A DNA stretch of 64,000 nt from Bacteroidota bacterium (GTDB lineage Bacteria; Bacteroidota; Bacteroidia; Bacteroidales; VadinHA17). The translations under genes were made by a program, and so were the position numbers. How positions within the stretch are numbered: the stretch's first letter is position 1; each line of letters starts with the position of its first letter. Below the pieces are notes generated by a model. That model was not told the DNA's origin. It worked only from the letters and a program-made list of their open reading frames with translations, and searched no databases. The stretch is taken from the NCBI GenBank assembly GCA_025350595.1, contig JANXXP010000202.1, positions 13,393 through 77,392 on the forward strand, read 5' to 3'. Positions 27,807-36,809 of this stretch are shown here, one piece after another.

Positions 27807-28556
27807 TCACTCCATCCTGTTTATCATACTCGCAGAAAAACCAGCTCCGAATCCGTTATCAATATTAACAACTGTAACCCCTGTGGAACAACTTGTAAGC
27901 ATTGCTAGAAGAGCTGAAATACCTCCGAAACTTGCTCCGTAACCTACGCTGGTTGGAACCGCAATGACTGGCTTGTCAACAAGTCCACCAACAACACTGG
28001 CAAGGGCTCCTTCCATACCGGCTATAACAACGACTACTCTGCAACTCCTTATATCGGGAAGTTTATCCACCAGCCTGTGAATCCCGGCAACCCCGGCATC
28101 ATAAATTCTTAAAACGTTATTTCCAAGAAGTTCTGCGGTTACAGCTGCTTCTTCTGCAACAGGCATATCAGAAGTACCTGCAGTTATTATTGCAATCCTG
28201 CTTTCAGGAGCTTTTGGTTTTTTCTTTTGAACAGAAATTATCCTTGCCATTGGGTAATAAACAGCTTCAGATATAATACTCTTTACTGCATCAAACATCT
28301 CCTGGTTTGCCCGGGTCCCGATAACATTATTCTCCCTTTCCGACATTACCCTTACAATTTCTTTAACCTGTTCAATAGATTTTCCTGCACAGTATATAAT
28401 TTCCGGGTAACCGGTACGCATTTCTCTGTGATGGTCGATTCTTGCAAAACCAAGGTCGGTATACGGGAAATTTTTAAGTATATCAAGTGCTTTTTCGACG
28501 CTAGTTTCGCCGGTTTTCACATCTTTCAGGAGTTTTTCAACTTCTTTTACATTCAT
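27807..28556 (-). CDS. larB: Nickel-pincer cofactor biosynthesis protein LarB (NaAD carboxylase/hydrolase, PurE-like)
   Basis: 249 aa. The N-terminal part reads FPYTDLGFARIDHHREMRTGYPEIIYCAGKS. The PurE-like half reads IAIITAGTSDMPVAEEAAVTAELLG...AGMEGALASVVGGL. Confidence 0.85.
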   Translation of the reverse strand: MNVKEVEKLLKDVKTGETSVEKALDILKNFPYTDLGFARIDHHREMRTGYPEIIYCAGKSIEQVKEIVRVMSERENNVIGTRANQEMFDAVKSIISEAVYYPMARIISVQKKKPKAPESRIAIITAGTSDMPVAEEAAVTAELLGNNVLRIYDAGVAGIHRLVDKLPDIRSCRVVVVIAGMEGALASVVGGLVDKPVIAVPTSVGYGASFGGISALLAMLTSCSTGVTVVNIDNGFGAGFSASMINRME

Positions 28557-28568
28557 GATTCTTATGTC

Positions 28569-29735
28569 TTAAACCAATTTTGCCATAATATTGTTATATA
28601 CCTCCTTTACCGGAATTCCTTTTTCAATTGCTATTCTTTTGCATTCGTCATATTCCGGTTTGCATGTGACCTCTTCCCCTTTATAATATGATCTTTTAAC
28701 AGAGACTTCACCATAAATAGTATTCAGAGTTTCAAATTTCCTTACAAGAGTGTCCTTTCTGAAAGGGAAAGTTCTTACTCCAAGTGATGTCGATTCAGTA
28801 AATATGATGGTCTTTACTGTTTCAGCCAGTTCTTTCTCGCAGATTATATTAATAACAATACCAGGTCTGCTTTTTTTCATAATAATATTTGAAAGAAAAA
28901 CATCCGATACCCCTGCCTTAGAGAGTCTTTCGGATATATATTCAAAAAACTCAGGATTCATATCATCAATGTTACACTGGAGCAGAAGCGCATCGTGCCC
29001 CGACTCTGATTCAGATATTGCTTCACCTAGAAATACTCTTAGCAGATTCGGAACATCAGGATGCTCTTTCTGTCCGATGCCATATGCAGTTTTTTCAATT
29101 TTAATAGGATAATCGGAGTTGAAATTTGTTCCGAGAGTGGCTAATATTGCTGCTCCAGTTGGTGTTGTTGCTTCGAAGTCAACACCTCCTTTTTTTACAG
29201 GTATTCCTTTAATTATTTCTGCAGTCGCGGGTGCCGGAACAGGAAGTTTCCCATGATCGCACATAACAAAACCACTCCCCAGTTCAACGGTCGATACATG
29301 TACCCTTTCAATATTTAAGGAATTAAAACAGATTGCTGCGCCCACAATATCAATAATGGAGTCAACCGCACCTACTTCATGAAAATGCACATGATCTATA
29401 GAAGTCCCATGTACCAAAGCTTCAGCTGTTGCAATCTTCATAAATATTTCAAGGCTCAGTTGTTTTGTTTTGATATCCAGAGACGAATCATTTACAATCT
29501 TTTCAATATCCGAAAGGTGCCGGTGTGTATGTTCATGTCTTGTCTGCTTAACAGTAACTTTAGTTCCTGTTATTCCATGTCTCTGTTCCTTCTGTACTAT
29601 AAGTTCCCATCCCGCAAGGTTGAGTTTATTTAGTTCATTGATAAGGTATGTTTTGTCTACACCAAGGTCGATCATTGCACCAAGATTCATATCTCCGCTA
29701 ATACCTGAAAAACAATCGTAGCTTAAAATTTTCAT
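28569..29735 (-). CDS. larC: Nickel insertion protein LarC (DUF111)
   Basis: 388 aa. MKILSYDCFSGISGDMNLGAMIDLGV is the typical LarC/DUF111 start. It has a His-rich stretch RHEHTHRH and a conserved HFHEVGAVDSIIDIVG. Confidence 0.85.
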   Translation of the reverse strand: MKILSYDCFSGISGDMNLGAMIDLGVDKTYLINELNKLNLAGWELIVQKEQRHGITGTKVTVKQTRHEHTHRHLSDIEKIVNDSSLDIKTKQLSLEIFMKIATAEALVHGTSIDHVHFHEVGAVDSIIDIVGAAICFNSLNIERVHVSTVELGSGFVMCDHGKLPVPAPATAEIIKGIPVKKGGVDFEATTPTGAAILATLGTNFNSDYPIKIEKTAYGIGQKEHPDVPNLLRVFLGEAISESESGHDALLLQCNIDDMNPEFFEYISERLSKAGVSDVFLSNIIMKKSRPGIVINIICEKELAETVKTIIFTESTSLGVRTFPFRKDTLVRKFETLNTIYGEVSVKRSYYKGEEVTCKPEYDECKRIAIEKGIPVKEVYNNIMAKLV

Positions 29736-29928
29736 ACTCTTTTGATGATGAGATTGTACTTATTTAAAAACAACTAAAAATTGAGAATGTTAATATAAGT
29801 CTTAAATACTTGTGTTCATAAATTTAAAGTTGCTAATATACTATTTACAATCTTTACAGAATAATAAAAAAAAATCGTATTTTCGGCAATTATCCATTAT
29901 TTAATAGAAATTAACAGTAATTGGGATT

Positions 29929-30849
29929 ATGAGAAGAAGAGATTTCTTTAAAACATCAATGGGAGCTGGCCTGGCTGCAGGAGCGGCTTTGAGTCTGGGT
30001 GGATATGACAAACTTTGGGCGTCCGCGCCTCTGGCAGCCAAATACGATATGGTTGCGGTAATGGGTGGTAATCCTGATGCAATGTTCGACCTTGGGATAC
30101 AGGAACTTGGAGGTATGGGCGCTTTTGTCCAGAAAGGCCAGAAAGTACTTATAAAGCCCAATATAGGGTGGGACAGAGATCCTGAGATAGCTGCAAATAC
30201 AAATCCGCTTCTCGTTAAAAGGATTATTGAACACTGTTTCAGAGCAGGTGCAAAAGAGGTCTATGTATTTGACCACACTTGCGATAACTGGGTAAATTGT
30301 TATAAAAATTCAGGAATAGAGAAGGCAGCGAAATTGGCCGGAGCAAAAATTGTTCCTGGAAACTCTGAAAGCTACTACCATCAGATTCATATCCCGGGAG
30401 GGATAAAGCTTCAAAGTGCAAAGGTTCATCAGCTTTTACTTGAGACAGATGTTTTTATAAATGTACCAGTTCTTAAAGATCATAACTCCACCAGAATGAC
30501 CTGTTGTATGAAAAACTCAATGGGTTTGGTATGGGACAGGGGATACTGGCATTCAAATGATCTTAATCAGTGTATTGCCGATTTTGCGCTTTATGAGAAG
30601 AAACCCGCACTGAATGTTATAGATTGTTATAATGTAATGGTTAAACAAGGCCCGCAAGGTGTTTCAAAAGCAGATATTGTTTCTATGAAAACACAGATTC
30701 TTACTTCCGACTGGGTAGCAGGTGATGCAGCGGCTGCAAAAATGCTGGGACTGGCGGTTGAAAAGGTTGAATATATTCCAATTGCACATAAAATGGGACT
30801 CGGAAATATGAATCTGGATTCTCTGAATATTAAAAGAATTAAAATGTAA
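29929..30849 (+). CDS. Tat-exported DUF362-domain protein (possible LarA-like fold)
   Basis: 306 aa with the twin-arginine leader MRRRDFFKTSMGAGLAAGAALSLG...WASAP. The DUF362-type core reads KVLIKPNIGWDRDP...EVYVFDHTCD...VFINVPVLKDHNSTRMTCCMKNSMG. Confidence 0.7.
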   Translation: MRRRDFFKTSMGAGLAAGAALSLGGYDKLWASAPLAAKYDMVAVMGGNPDAMFDLGIQELGGMGAFVQKGQKVLIKPNIGWDRDPEIAANTNPLLVKRIIEHCFRAGAKEVYVFDHTCDNWVNCYKNSGIEKAAKLAGAKIVPGNSESYYHQIHIPGGIKLQSAKVHQLLLETDVFINVPVLKDHNSTRMTCCMKNSMGLVWDRGYWHSNDLNQCIADFALYEKKPALNVIDCYNVMVKQGPQGVSKADIVSMKTQILTSDWVAGDAAAAKMLGLAVEKVEYIPIAHKMGLGNMNLDSLNIKRIKM

Positions 30850-30855
30850 TTTCTG

Positions 30856-32421
30856 ATGAGGTCACATTTACTTAGAAGTTTCCGAATCCTTTTTTCAACT
30901 CTTATTTTTATATGTTTCGTCCTTGTATTTGCTGATTTCAAATCGTTTATCCCGACTAAATACACAAACTTCCTTCTTTTTTTACAATTCGTTCCATCAG
31001 CTATTAAATTTTACAATCTTCAATCGATTGCTGTATGCGGTTTTCTGATAGTTTTATTACTTACCCTGGTAACCGGACGCACTTATTGTTCATTTTTATG
31101 TCCGCTTGGAATTGGGCAGGATTTAAACAGCAGGATAGGAGGACGGATAAAAAAGAAATTCAGAAGGTATGGATTTAAAAGACCATTTACAGTTTTAAGA
31201 TATTCCCTTCTTGCTGTAACACTTATTGTTACATTAATTTGGGGTATCTATATGATAACCCTTCTTGATCCTTATAGCATTTTTGGCAGGTTCATGACCT
31301 TTTTTGCAAAGCCGGCAATTATCTATCTGAATAACCTTCTGTCAGGACTTTTAGGTAAATTTGATATATTCACACTTAGTAATATACCTTTTAAGGGATT
31401 TCCTTTAATCGTATATTCGATTCCTGCTGTTTTCTTTCTTCTGGTAGGAGGTCTTTCGCTGACAAAAGGTCGTTTATATTGCAATATGATCTGTCCGGTG
31501 GGTACTCTGCTTGGTCTTCTCTCGAAAATTTCTCTTTTCAGATTAAAAATTAATGAAACGGCATGTACCAGATGCGGAAGATGCTCTCTAAGATGCAAAT
31601 CATCATGCATCGACTTCCTGAAATACGATATTGATGTTACCAGGTGTGTTGACTGTTTCAATTGTATCAACTCATGTCAGGATAATGCAGTTTCATATGG
31701 TTTTGTGAATTTTAAAAAGAAAGAACCTGTCCGGGAAACGGATGAGAGTAAACGGAAAATAATTATTGGTTCTTTACTGCTCCTTTTGGGAGTTTCCAGG
31801 GTTGGAAACGGACAGGATAAGCCTGCCCCAAAACCAAAGAAAGATTCAACAGTCAAAGAAACTAAAACATTTCCGGTTTGTCCTCCGGGGGGTATAGGTA
31901 TTGAAAGTTTTATTAAGAATTGTACTGCTTGTTCACAATGCATAAACGCCTGCCCGAATAGTGTTCTGCAACCTGCTTTTAAAGAATATGGCATTGCAGG
32001 TATTATGCAGCCGGTTATGAATTATCACAAAAGTTTTTGTACATATAATTGCACAATCTGCACAGAGATATGCCCTACAAATGCGCTCCACCCACTGGTT
32101 TTGGAAGCTAAAAAGCTTACACAGATCGGGAAAGCAAAGTTTATAAAAGACAATTGTATAGTAAAAACTGAAAAAACAGCCTGTGGTGCATGTTCAGAAG
32201 CATGTCCAACTAAAGCAGTCCACATGATTCCTTACGAAGGAAACCTTGTTATTCCTGAGGTAACTGAAGATATCTGTATAGGATGCGGACATTGCGAATT
32301 TGCCTGCCCGACAGTTCCCTACAAAGCAATATATGTTGATGGCAACCCGGTTCATACAGCAGCTAAAAAACCTGTAGAGGTGCAATCTGACATAAAAACT
32401 CCTGTCGAATTTCCATTTTAA
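30856..32421 (+). CDS. Membrane-bound polyferredoxin (NapH/NosR-like CxxxCP membrane domain plus three di-cluster ferredoxin modules)
   Basis: 521 aa with about 5-6 TM helices. Membrane-domain motifs are CSFLCPLG and CNMICPVG. Cys-cluster motifs are CTRCGRCSLRC, CVDCFNCINSC, CTACSQCINACP, CTYNCTICTEICP, CGACSEACP and CIGCGHCEFACP. An additional TM helix (IIIGSLLLLLGV) follows the first module. The gene starts 6 nt after the DUF362 gene. Confidence 0.75.
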   Translation: MRSHLLRSFRILFSTLIFICFVLVFADFKSFIPTKYTNFLLFLQFVPSAIKFYNLQSIAVCGFLIVLLLTLVTGRTYCSFLCPLGIGQDLNSRIGGRIKKKFRRYGFKRPFTVLRYSLLAVTLIVTLIWGIYMITLLDPYSIFGRFMTFFAKPAIIYLNNLLSGLLGKFDIFTLSNIPFKGFPLIVYSIPAVFFLLVGGLSLTKGRLYCNMICPVGTLLGLLSKISLFRLKINETACTRCGRCSLRCKSSCIDFLKYDIDVTRCVDCFNCINSCQDNAVSYGFVNFKKKEPVRETDESKRKIIIGSLLLLLGVSRVGNGQDKPAPKPKKDSTVKETKTFPVCPPGGIGIESFIKNCTACSQCINACPNSVLQPAFKEYGIAGIMQPVMNYHKSFCTYNCTICTEICPTNALHPLVLEAKKLTQIGKAKFIKDNCIVKTEKTACGACSEACPTKAVHMIPYEGNLVIPEVTEDICIGCGHCEFACPTVPYKAIYVDGNPVHTAAKKPVEVQSDIKTPVEFPF

Positions 32422-32502
32422 CCTTGCTTTTTTCTTAAAAGTCATTTTCAGAAAAAATCCTGAAAACATGATAATTATCGCCACCTGATTCTGACGATTC
32501 GG

Positions 32503-32510
32503 TAAATTTG
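32503..32510 (+). promoter_or_regulatory. Candidate -7 box (TAAATTTG) for the epimerase operon
   Basis: Matches TAnnTTTG 20 nt upstream of the ATG at 32531. Confidence 0.35.
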
Positions 32511-32530
32511 TTACATTAAATTATTTATCT

Positions 32531-32941
32531 ATGACTCCATCACACATTGAGCATATTGGCATAGCTGTAACTAACCTTGAAACAGCAATCAATTTCTATG
32601 AAAAGGTATTGGGACTGAAATGCTACCATATAGAGGAGGTGGCCGAACAGAAGGTACGGACTGCATTCTTCATGGTAGGACAAACCAAGATCGAATTGCT
32701 TGAATCAACAGATCCTGAAGGACCAATCGGAAAATATATAGCGAAAAAAGGTGAAGGCATACATCATATCGCTTTTGCGGTTGAAAAAATTGAAGATCAA
32801 TTAGCTCATGCTGAAAAGCTTGGAGTCAAGCTGATTGACAGCACTCCACGAAAAGGTGCTGAAGGTCTGGATATTGCTTTTCTTCATCCTAAATCAACAA
32901 ACGGGGTTCTTATTGAGCTTTGTGAAAATAAGAAAGGTTAA
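32531..32941 (+). CDS. mce: Methylmalonyl-CoA epimerase (VOC/glyoxalase fold)
   Basis: 136 aa. IEHIGIAVTNLETAINFYEKVLG...KIELLESTDPEGPIGKYIAKKGEGIHHIAFAV...GVLIELCE. Confidence 0.85.
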   Translation: MTPSHIEHIGIAVTNLETAINFYEKVLGLKCYHIEEVAEQKVRTAFFMVGQTKIELLESTDPEGPIGKYIAKKGEGIHHIAFAVEKIEDQLAHAEKLGVKLIDSTPRKGAEGLDIAFLHPKSTNGVLIELCENKKG

Positions 32942-32958
32942 TTCTGATAAGATAAAAA

Positions 32959-33624
32959 ATGAAGAGTCAGGAAAAAGTTAAACAGCTAATTGAACTACGC
33001 GAAAAAGCCCGCTTGGGCGGAGGCGAAAAGAGGATTGAAGATCAGCATTCAAAAGGTAAAATGACTGCGAGGGAAAGGATAGCCATTCTTTTGGATGAAG
33101 GTAGTTTTGAAGAACTTGATATGTTTGTTACTCACCGTACGGAAGACTTTGGCCTGGGTGATAAAAAAATTCTTTCAGATGGCGTTGTAACCGGTCATGG
33201 TACAATTGATGGGAGGGTGGTGTATGTCTTTGCACAGGACTTTACCATCTTTGGTGGATCACTCTCAGAGACATTTGCTCTTAAAATTTGTAAGGTGATG
33301 GATCAGGCCATGAAGGTGGGTGCACCTGTTATAGGGATCAACGATAGTGGAGGTGCCCGCATTCAGGAAGGTGTGAGAAGTCTGGCAGGTTATGCAGAGA
33401 TTTTTGAACGAAATATCCTTGCATCAGGCGTAATTCCTCAGATATCTGCAATATTTGGTCCTTGTGCAGGTGGAGCAGTTTATTCCCCTGCTCTTACCGA
33501 CTTCATAGTGATGAGCGAAAAAAGCAGTTATATGTTTGTAACTGGTCCGAAGGTTACCAAAACTGTTACAGGTGAAGATATATCAACGGAAAATCTTATG
33601 ATGTTGAGATTCATCGCGAAGTAA
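32959..33624 (+). pseudogene. Methylmalonyl-CoA decarboxylase / propionyl-CoA carboxyltransferase subunit, N-terminal ~40 percent only (truncated)
   Basis: 221 codons. [24 protein letters not shown]...[30 protein letters not shown]...[13 protein letters not shown]...[26 protein letters not shown]...[18 protein letters not shown], then out-of-context MMLRFIAK*. Intact members of this family are roughly 510-520 aa, and the second carboxyltransferase half is absent. Confidence 0.8.
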
Positions 33625-33916
33625 AACAGGTTAAAACGCCGGTATAGTAAGATCTCCTGTTAAAGAAGTTTTGAAGGATATTGAGAGAAAGACAGGCGGA
33701 GCTAAGACTGAAATAAAGTCACCACTGCCCGGAGTAATAGTTAAGATATTTGTTAGCAAGGGTGAAGAGGTAAAGAAGAACCAGAAACTATTTAGTCTTG
33801 AAGCAATGAAGATGGAAAATGAGATCAAGGCCGAGAGAGATGGTATTATTGAAAGTATTAAAGCTATCGCAGGTCAATCTGTTCTTCAGGAAGAAGTTGT
33901 AATGGAAATGAATTGA
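33576..33916 (+). pseudogene. Biotin carboxyl carrier subunit remnant (N-terminus lost, internal frameshift)
   Basis: Frame 3 reads (R)[22 protein letters not shown] (33576..33647). The sequence continues in another frame as GIVRSPVKEVLKDIERKTGGAKTEIKSPLPGVIVKIFVSKGEEVKKNQKLFSLEAMKMENEIKAERDGIIESIKA... to 33916, carrying the EAMKM biotinyl-lysine motif. A 1-nt frameshift lies near 33641..33647. The only start-capable codon is a TTG at 33671. Confidence 0.75.
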
Positions 33917-33992
33917 TCCATATTGCTGACTGGATATGTTCATGTTTGAAAAAATCAGTAGGTTTGTATAGCATAACCAACCATAGGGGATA

Positions 33993-35228
33993 ATGAAAAA
34001 ATCAATAGCCATTGCTGGTAATTCAGGATCAAAGATAAGATCCGACTGTGAAATTACATTGGAATTAAAAAATGGTGGAGGAATAATTATTGATTTGAAT
34101 TCAAAGGTAAAAGTTCTGTATGGTGAATCTATAAAAGAACTTACTGTTGAAATTCTTAAATTTTATGGGATCAAAAATGCAAATGTTAAGATCACCGATA
34201 CTGGAGCTCTGCCTTTCGTTATAGCTGCCAGGCTTGAGTGTGCTGTTAAACAATTAATTAATACTGATCTTGAATACCTTCCTGAATTTATAAGCGAAAA
34301 TGCTTATTCCACTACGCGGGACCGGTTTCGCTTTTCGAGGTTATACTTACCAGGCAACACACCTGGACTAATGATCAATGCAGGTTTGCATTCTGCCGAT
34401 GGAATTATTCTAGATCTTGAGGATTCTGTTGCACCTGAAAAAAAGGACGAAGCAAGAATCCTTGTCCGGAATGCTTTACGACAGATTAATTTCCTTGGTG
34501 CTGAAAGAATGGTCAGAATAAACCAGGGGGAGAAAGGGTTGGAGGATCTTCATTTTATCATTGCTCATAATGTAAATCTTATCCTCATTCCAAAGTGCGA
34601 AAGCACTGACTACGTAAAACGAGTCGATCAGGAAATTACCAAAATTAAATCTACTCTCAAGCTTAACCTCAACAACACCTTCCTGATGCCAATCATAGAA
34701 AGCGCTCTTGGAATTGAAAATGCGTTTGATATTGCCAGAGCGTCTGAAAATATTGTCGGCATGGCTATAGGGCTCGAGGACTATACCGCGGACCTCGGAG
34801 TTCAAAGAACCAAAGAAGGCAGGGAATCTTTATACGCGAGAACAAGACTGGTTAATGCATCAAAGGCAGCAGGTATACAACCAATAGATTCTGTGTTCTC
34901 TGATGTTGGTGATATGGAGGCACTTAAGCAAAATGTTGTTATTTCAAAGGCGCTTGGATTTGAAGGTATGGGTTGTATCCATCCAAGGCAGATTCCTGTA
35001 ATACGTCAGGGATTTTCACCAGATGAAGCTGAAATTGAAAAGTCTAAAAAAATTGTACTCGCTTATACAGATGCAAAAAATAAAGGCCTGGGAGTTGTAG
35101 CCCTCGGATCAAAAATGATCGATCCTCCTGTAGTTGCAAGGGCTCAGAAAACAATTGATCTGGCTATTCGCATGAGGTTCATTTCATCTGACTGGATTGA
35201 CCATATTCCAACAGAAGAGAAACTGTAG
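33993..35228 (+). CDS. Citrate lyase acyl-carrier (CitD) fused to citrate lyase beta subunit / citryl-CoA lyase (CitE)
   Basis: 411 aa. Residues 1-~95 (AIAGNSGSKIRSDCEITLEL...ITDTGALPFVIAARLECAVKQL) resemble CitD. The remainder (SRLYLPGNTPGLMINAGLHSADGIILDLEDSVAPEKKDEAR...IESALGIENAFDIA...GLEDYTADLG) is HpcH/CitE-like. Confidence 0.75.
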   Translation: MKKSIAIAGNSGSKIRSDCEITLELKNGGGIIIDLNSKVKVLYGESIKELTVEILKFYGIKNANVKITDTGALPFVIAARLECAVKQLINTDLEYLPEFISENAYSTTRDRFRFSRLYLPGNTPGLMINAGLHSADGIILDLEDSVAPEKKDEARILVRNALRQINFLGAERMVRINQGEKGLEDLHFIIAHNVNLILIPKCESTDYVKRVDQEITKIKSTLKLNLNNTFLMPIIESALGIENAFDIARASENIVGMAIGLEDYTADLGVQRTKEGRESLYARTRLVNASKAAGIQPIDSVFSDVGDMEALKQNVVISKALGFEGMGCIHPRQIPVIRQGFSPDEAEIEKSKKIVLAYTDAKNKGLGVVALGSKMIDPPVVARAQKTIDLAIRMRFISSDWIDHIPTEEKL

Positions 35229-35241
35229 TAAATTATTCAAA

Positions 35242-36798
35242 ATGGCTATCAAAATCGTAAAAAATGCAGCCGGACGGTCTGTGCCACTTGAGATAAACGG
35301 ACAGAAGGTGATTCCTTTCCAGGGTGTTGGAAAACACAGGCCGGAAGGGAGAAAATATTCCCCTCCGATACCCACATGTTCCGATTATCCTGATGATGGT
35401 AATAAAGTTGTCGGGTCGCTCGAAGAAGCACTTCGTAAATGCGGTATTAGAGATGGGATGACTATTTCCACACACCATCATCTCAGGGATGGTGATCTGG
35501 TGAGTAATAAGATTTTCGAAATTGCTTCAGAAATGGGAATAAAGGATCTGGTATGGTTCCCATCTGCTTCATTTCCCTGCAATGATCCTATAATCAAGTA
35601 TCTGGACGATGGCACTATAAACAGAATAGAGGGCAGCATGAATGGACCTCTCGGACGGTATGTTTCTGATGGAAAAATGAAGGGAACTGCAGTCCTCCGG
35701 TCACATGGCGGACGCGTTCAGGCAATACAGGATGGTGAGGTCAAAATTGATATTGCTGTTCTTGCAGCGCCAACAGCCGATTCGTATGGAAATGCTAAAG
35801 GAACAGGTGGAAAATCGGCATGTGGGGTAATAGGATATGCAAAAGCCGATTCAATGTATGCAACAAAAGTGATTGTGGTAACTGACAATCTTATTGATCT
35901 TCCATGCTTCCCAATGGAAATTGAAGGAAATTATGTTGATTATGTTGTAGTTGTTGATAAGATTGGAATACCAGAAAAGATAGTGTCGGGTACAACACAA
36001 ATAACAAAAAGCCCCGACAGACTTTTAATTGCAGATTTAACTGCTGCATTTCTTGAGAAGTCGGGTATTCTGAAAGATGGCGTGACAATGCAGGCCGGAG
36101 CAGGAGGTACTTCGCTGGCAATTGCTGTTTTTGTGGATGAGATACTTAAGAAAAAGGGATGGAAATCAAAATTCGGTTTCGGTGGGAGTACAAAATATAT
36201 GGTTAAAATGCTTGAGGAGGGGCAGATGGGTTTTATCCTTGATGCTCAGGCATTTGATCTGGATGCAGTCAAGTCAGTTGAGAATAACCCGAATCATATT
36301 CCTTTTCCGGTATTCAATGCCTATAACTATCATTCAAAAGGAAACCTTACCAGCATGATGGATATTATGATTCTTGGGGCTACAGAAGTTGATTTAAATT
36401 TCAATGGCAATGTGGTTACCCATTCTGATGGTTATCTTTTACATGGCATTGGCGGGTGGCAGAATTGTCTACATGCACGGAATGTAATTTTGCCTATCCC
36501 TCTGTTCCGCGACAGGATTCCTGTGATTGTTGATGAAGTTACAACACTTTGCGGTCCGGGAGAGCTTATTGATGTAATTATCACTGAAAGAGGTATTGCC
36601 ATAAATCCTCTCAGGACGGATCTTATTGACAGTGTAAAAGGAAGTGGTCTTCCAATAAAAACACTTAAAGAGCTTAAGGATGAAGCTGAAAAGATTTGTG
36701 GCAAGCCTCAGAAACCTCTTTTTGATGAGGAAATAGTTGCTGCAATAAAATGGGTTGACGGAACTGTAATTGATGTAGTAAGAAAAATAAAACAATAA
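35242..36798 (+). CDS. citF: Citrate lyase alpha subunit (citrate CoA-transferase)
   Basis: [26 protein letters not shown]... with CitF-like length. I start at [15 protein letters not shown] (35242), just after the citDE stop; the track ORF starts at 35197. Confidence 0.8.
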   Translation: MAIKIVKNAAGRSVPLEINGQKVIPFQGVGKHRPEGRKYSPPIPTCSDYPDDGNKVVGSLEEALRKCGIRDGMTISTHHHLRDGDLVSNKIFEIASEMGIKDLVWFPSASFPCNDPIIKYLDDGTINRIEGSMNGPLGRYVSDGKMKGTAVLRSHGGRVQAIQDGEVKIDIAVLAAPTADSYGNAKGTGGKSACGVIGYAKADSMYATKVIVVTDNLIDLPCFPMEIEGNYVDYVVVVDKIGIPEKIVSGTTQITKSPDRLLIADLTAAFLEKSGILKDGVTMQAGAGGTSLAIAVFVDEILKKKGWKSKFGFGGSTKYMVKMLEEGQMGFILDAQAFDLDAVKSVENNPNHIPFPVFNAYNYHSKGNLTSMMDIMILGATEVDLNFNGNVVTHSDGYLLHGIGGWQNCLHARNVILPIPLFRDRIPVIVDEVTTLCGPGELIDVIITERGIAINPLRTDLIDSVKGSGLPIKTLKELKDEAEKICGKPQKPLFDEEIVAAIKWVDGTVIDVVRKIKQ

Positions 36799-36809
36799 AA
36801 ATCTTAGTC

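Noticed and set aside
32445-32466. Terminator after the polyferredoxin gene (TTTTCAG-N8-CTGAAAA)
   Set aside because: The 7-bp stem is AT-rich and is not followed by a T-run. It could be chance in AT-rich DNA.
33671-33916. Stand-alone 81-aa biotinyl-domain gene starting at TTG
   Set aside because: The reading frame clearly continues upstream as BCCP sequence (IVRSPVKEV...) and, after a frameshift, as the BCCP N-terminal region. This makes it a remnant rather than a designed mini-gene. Expression of the fragment cannot be excluded.
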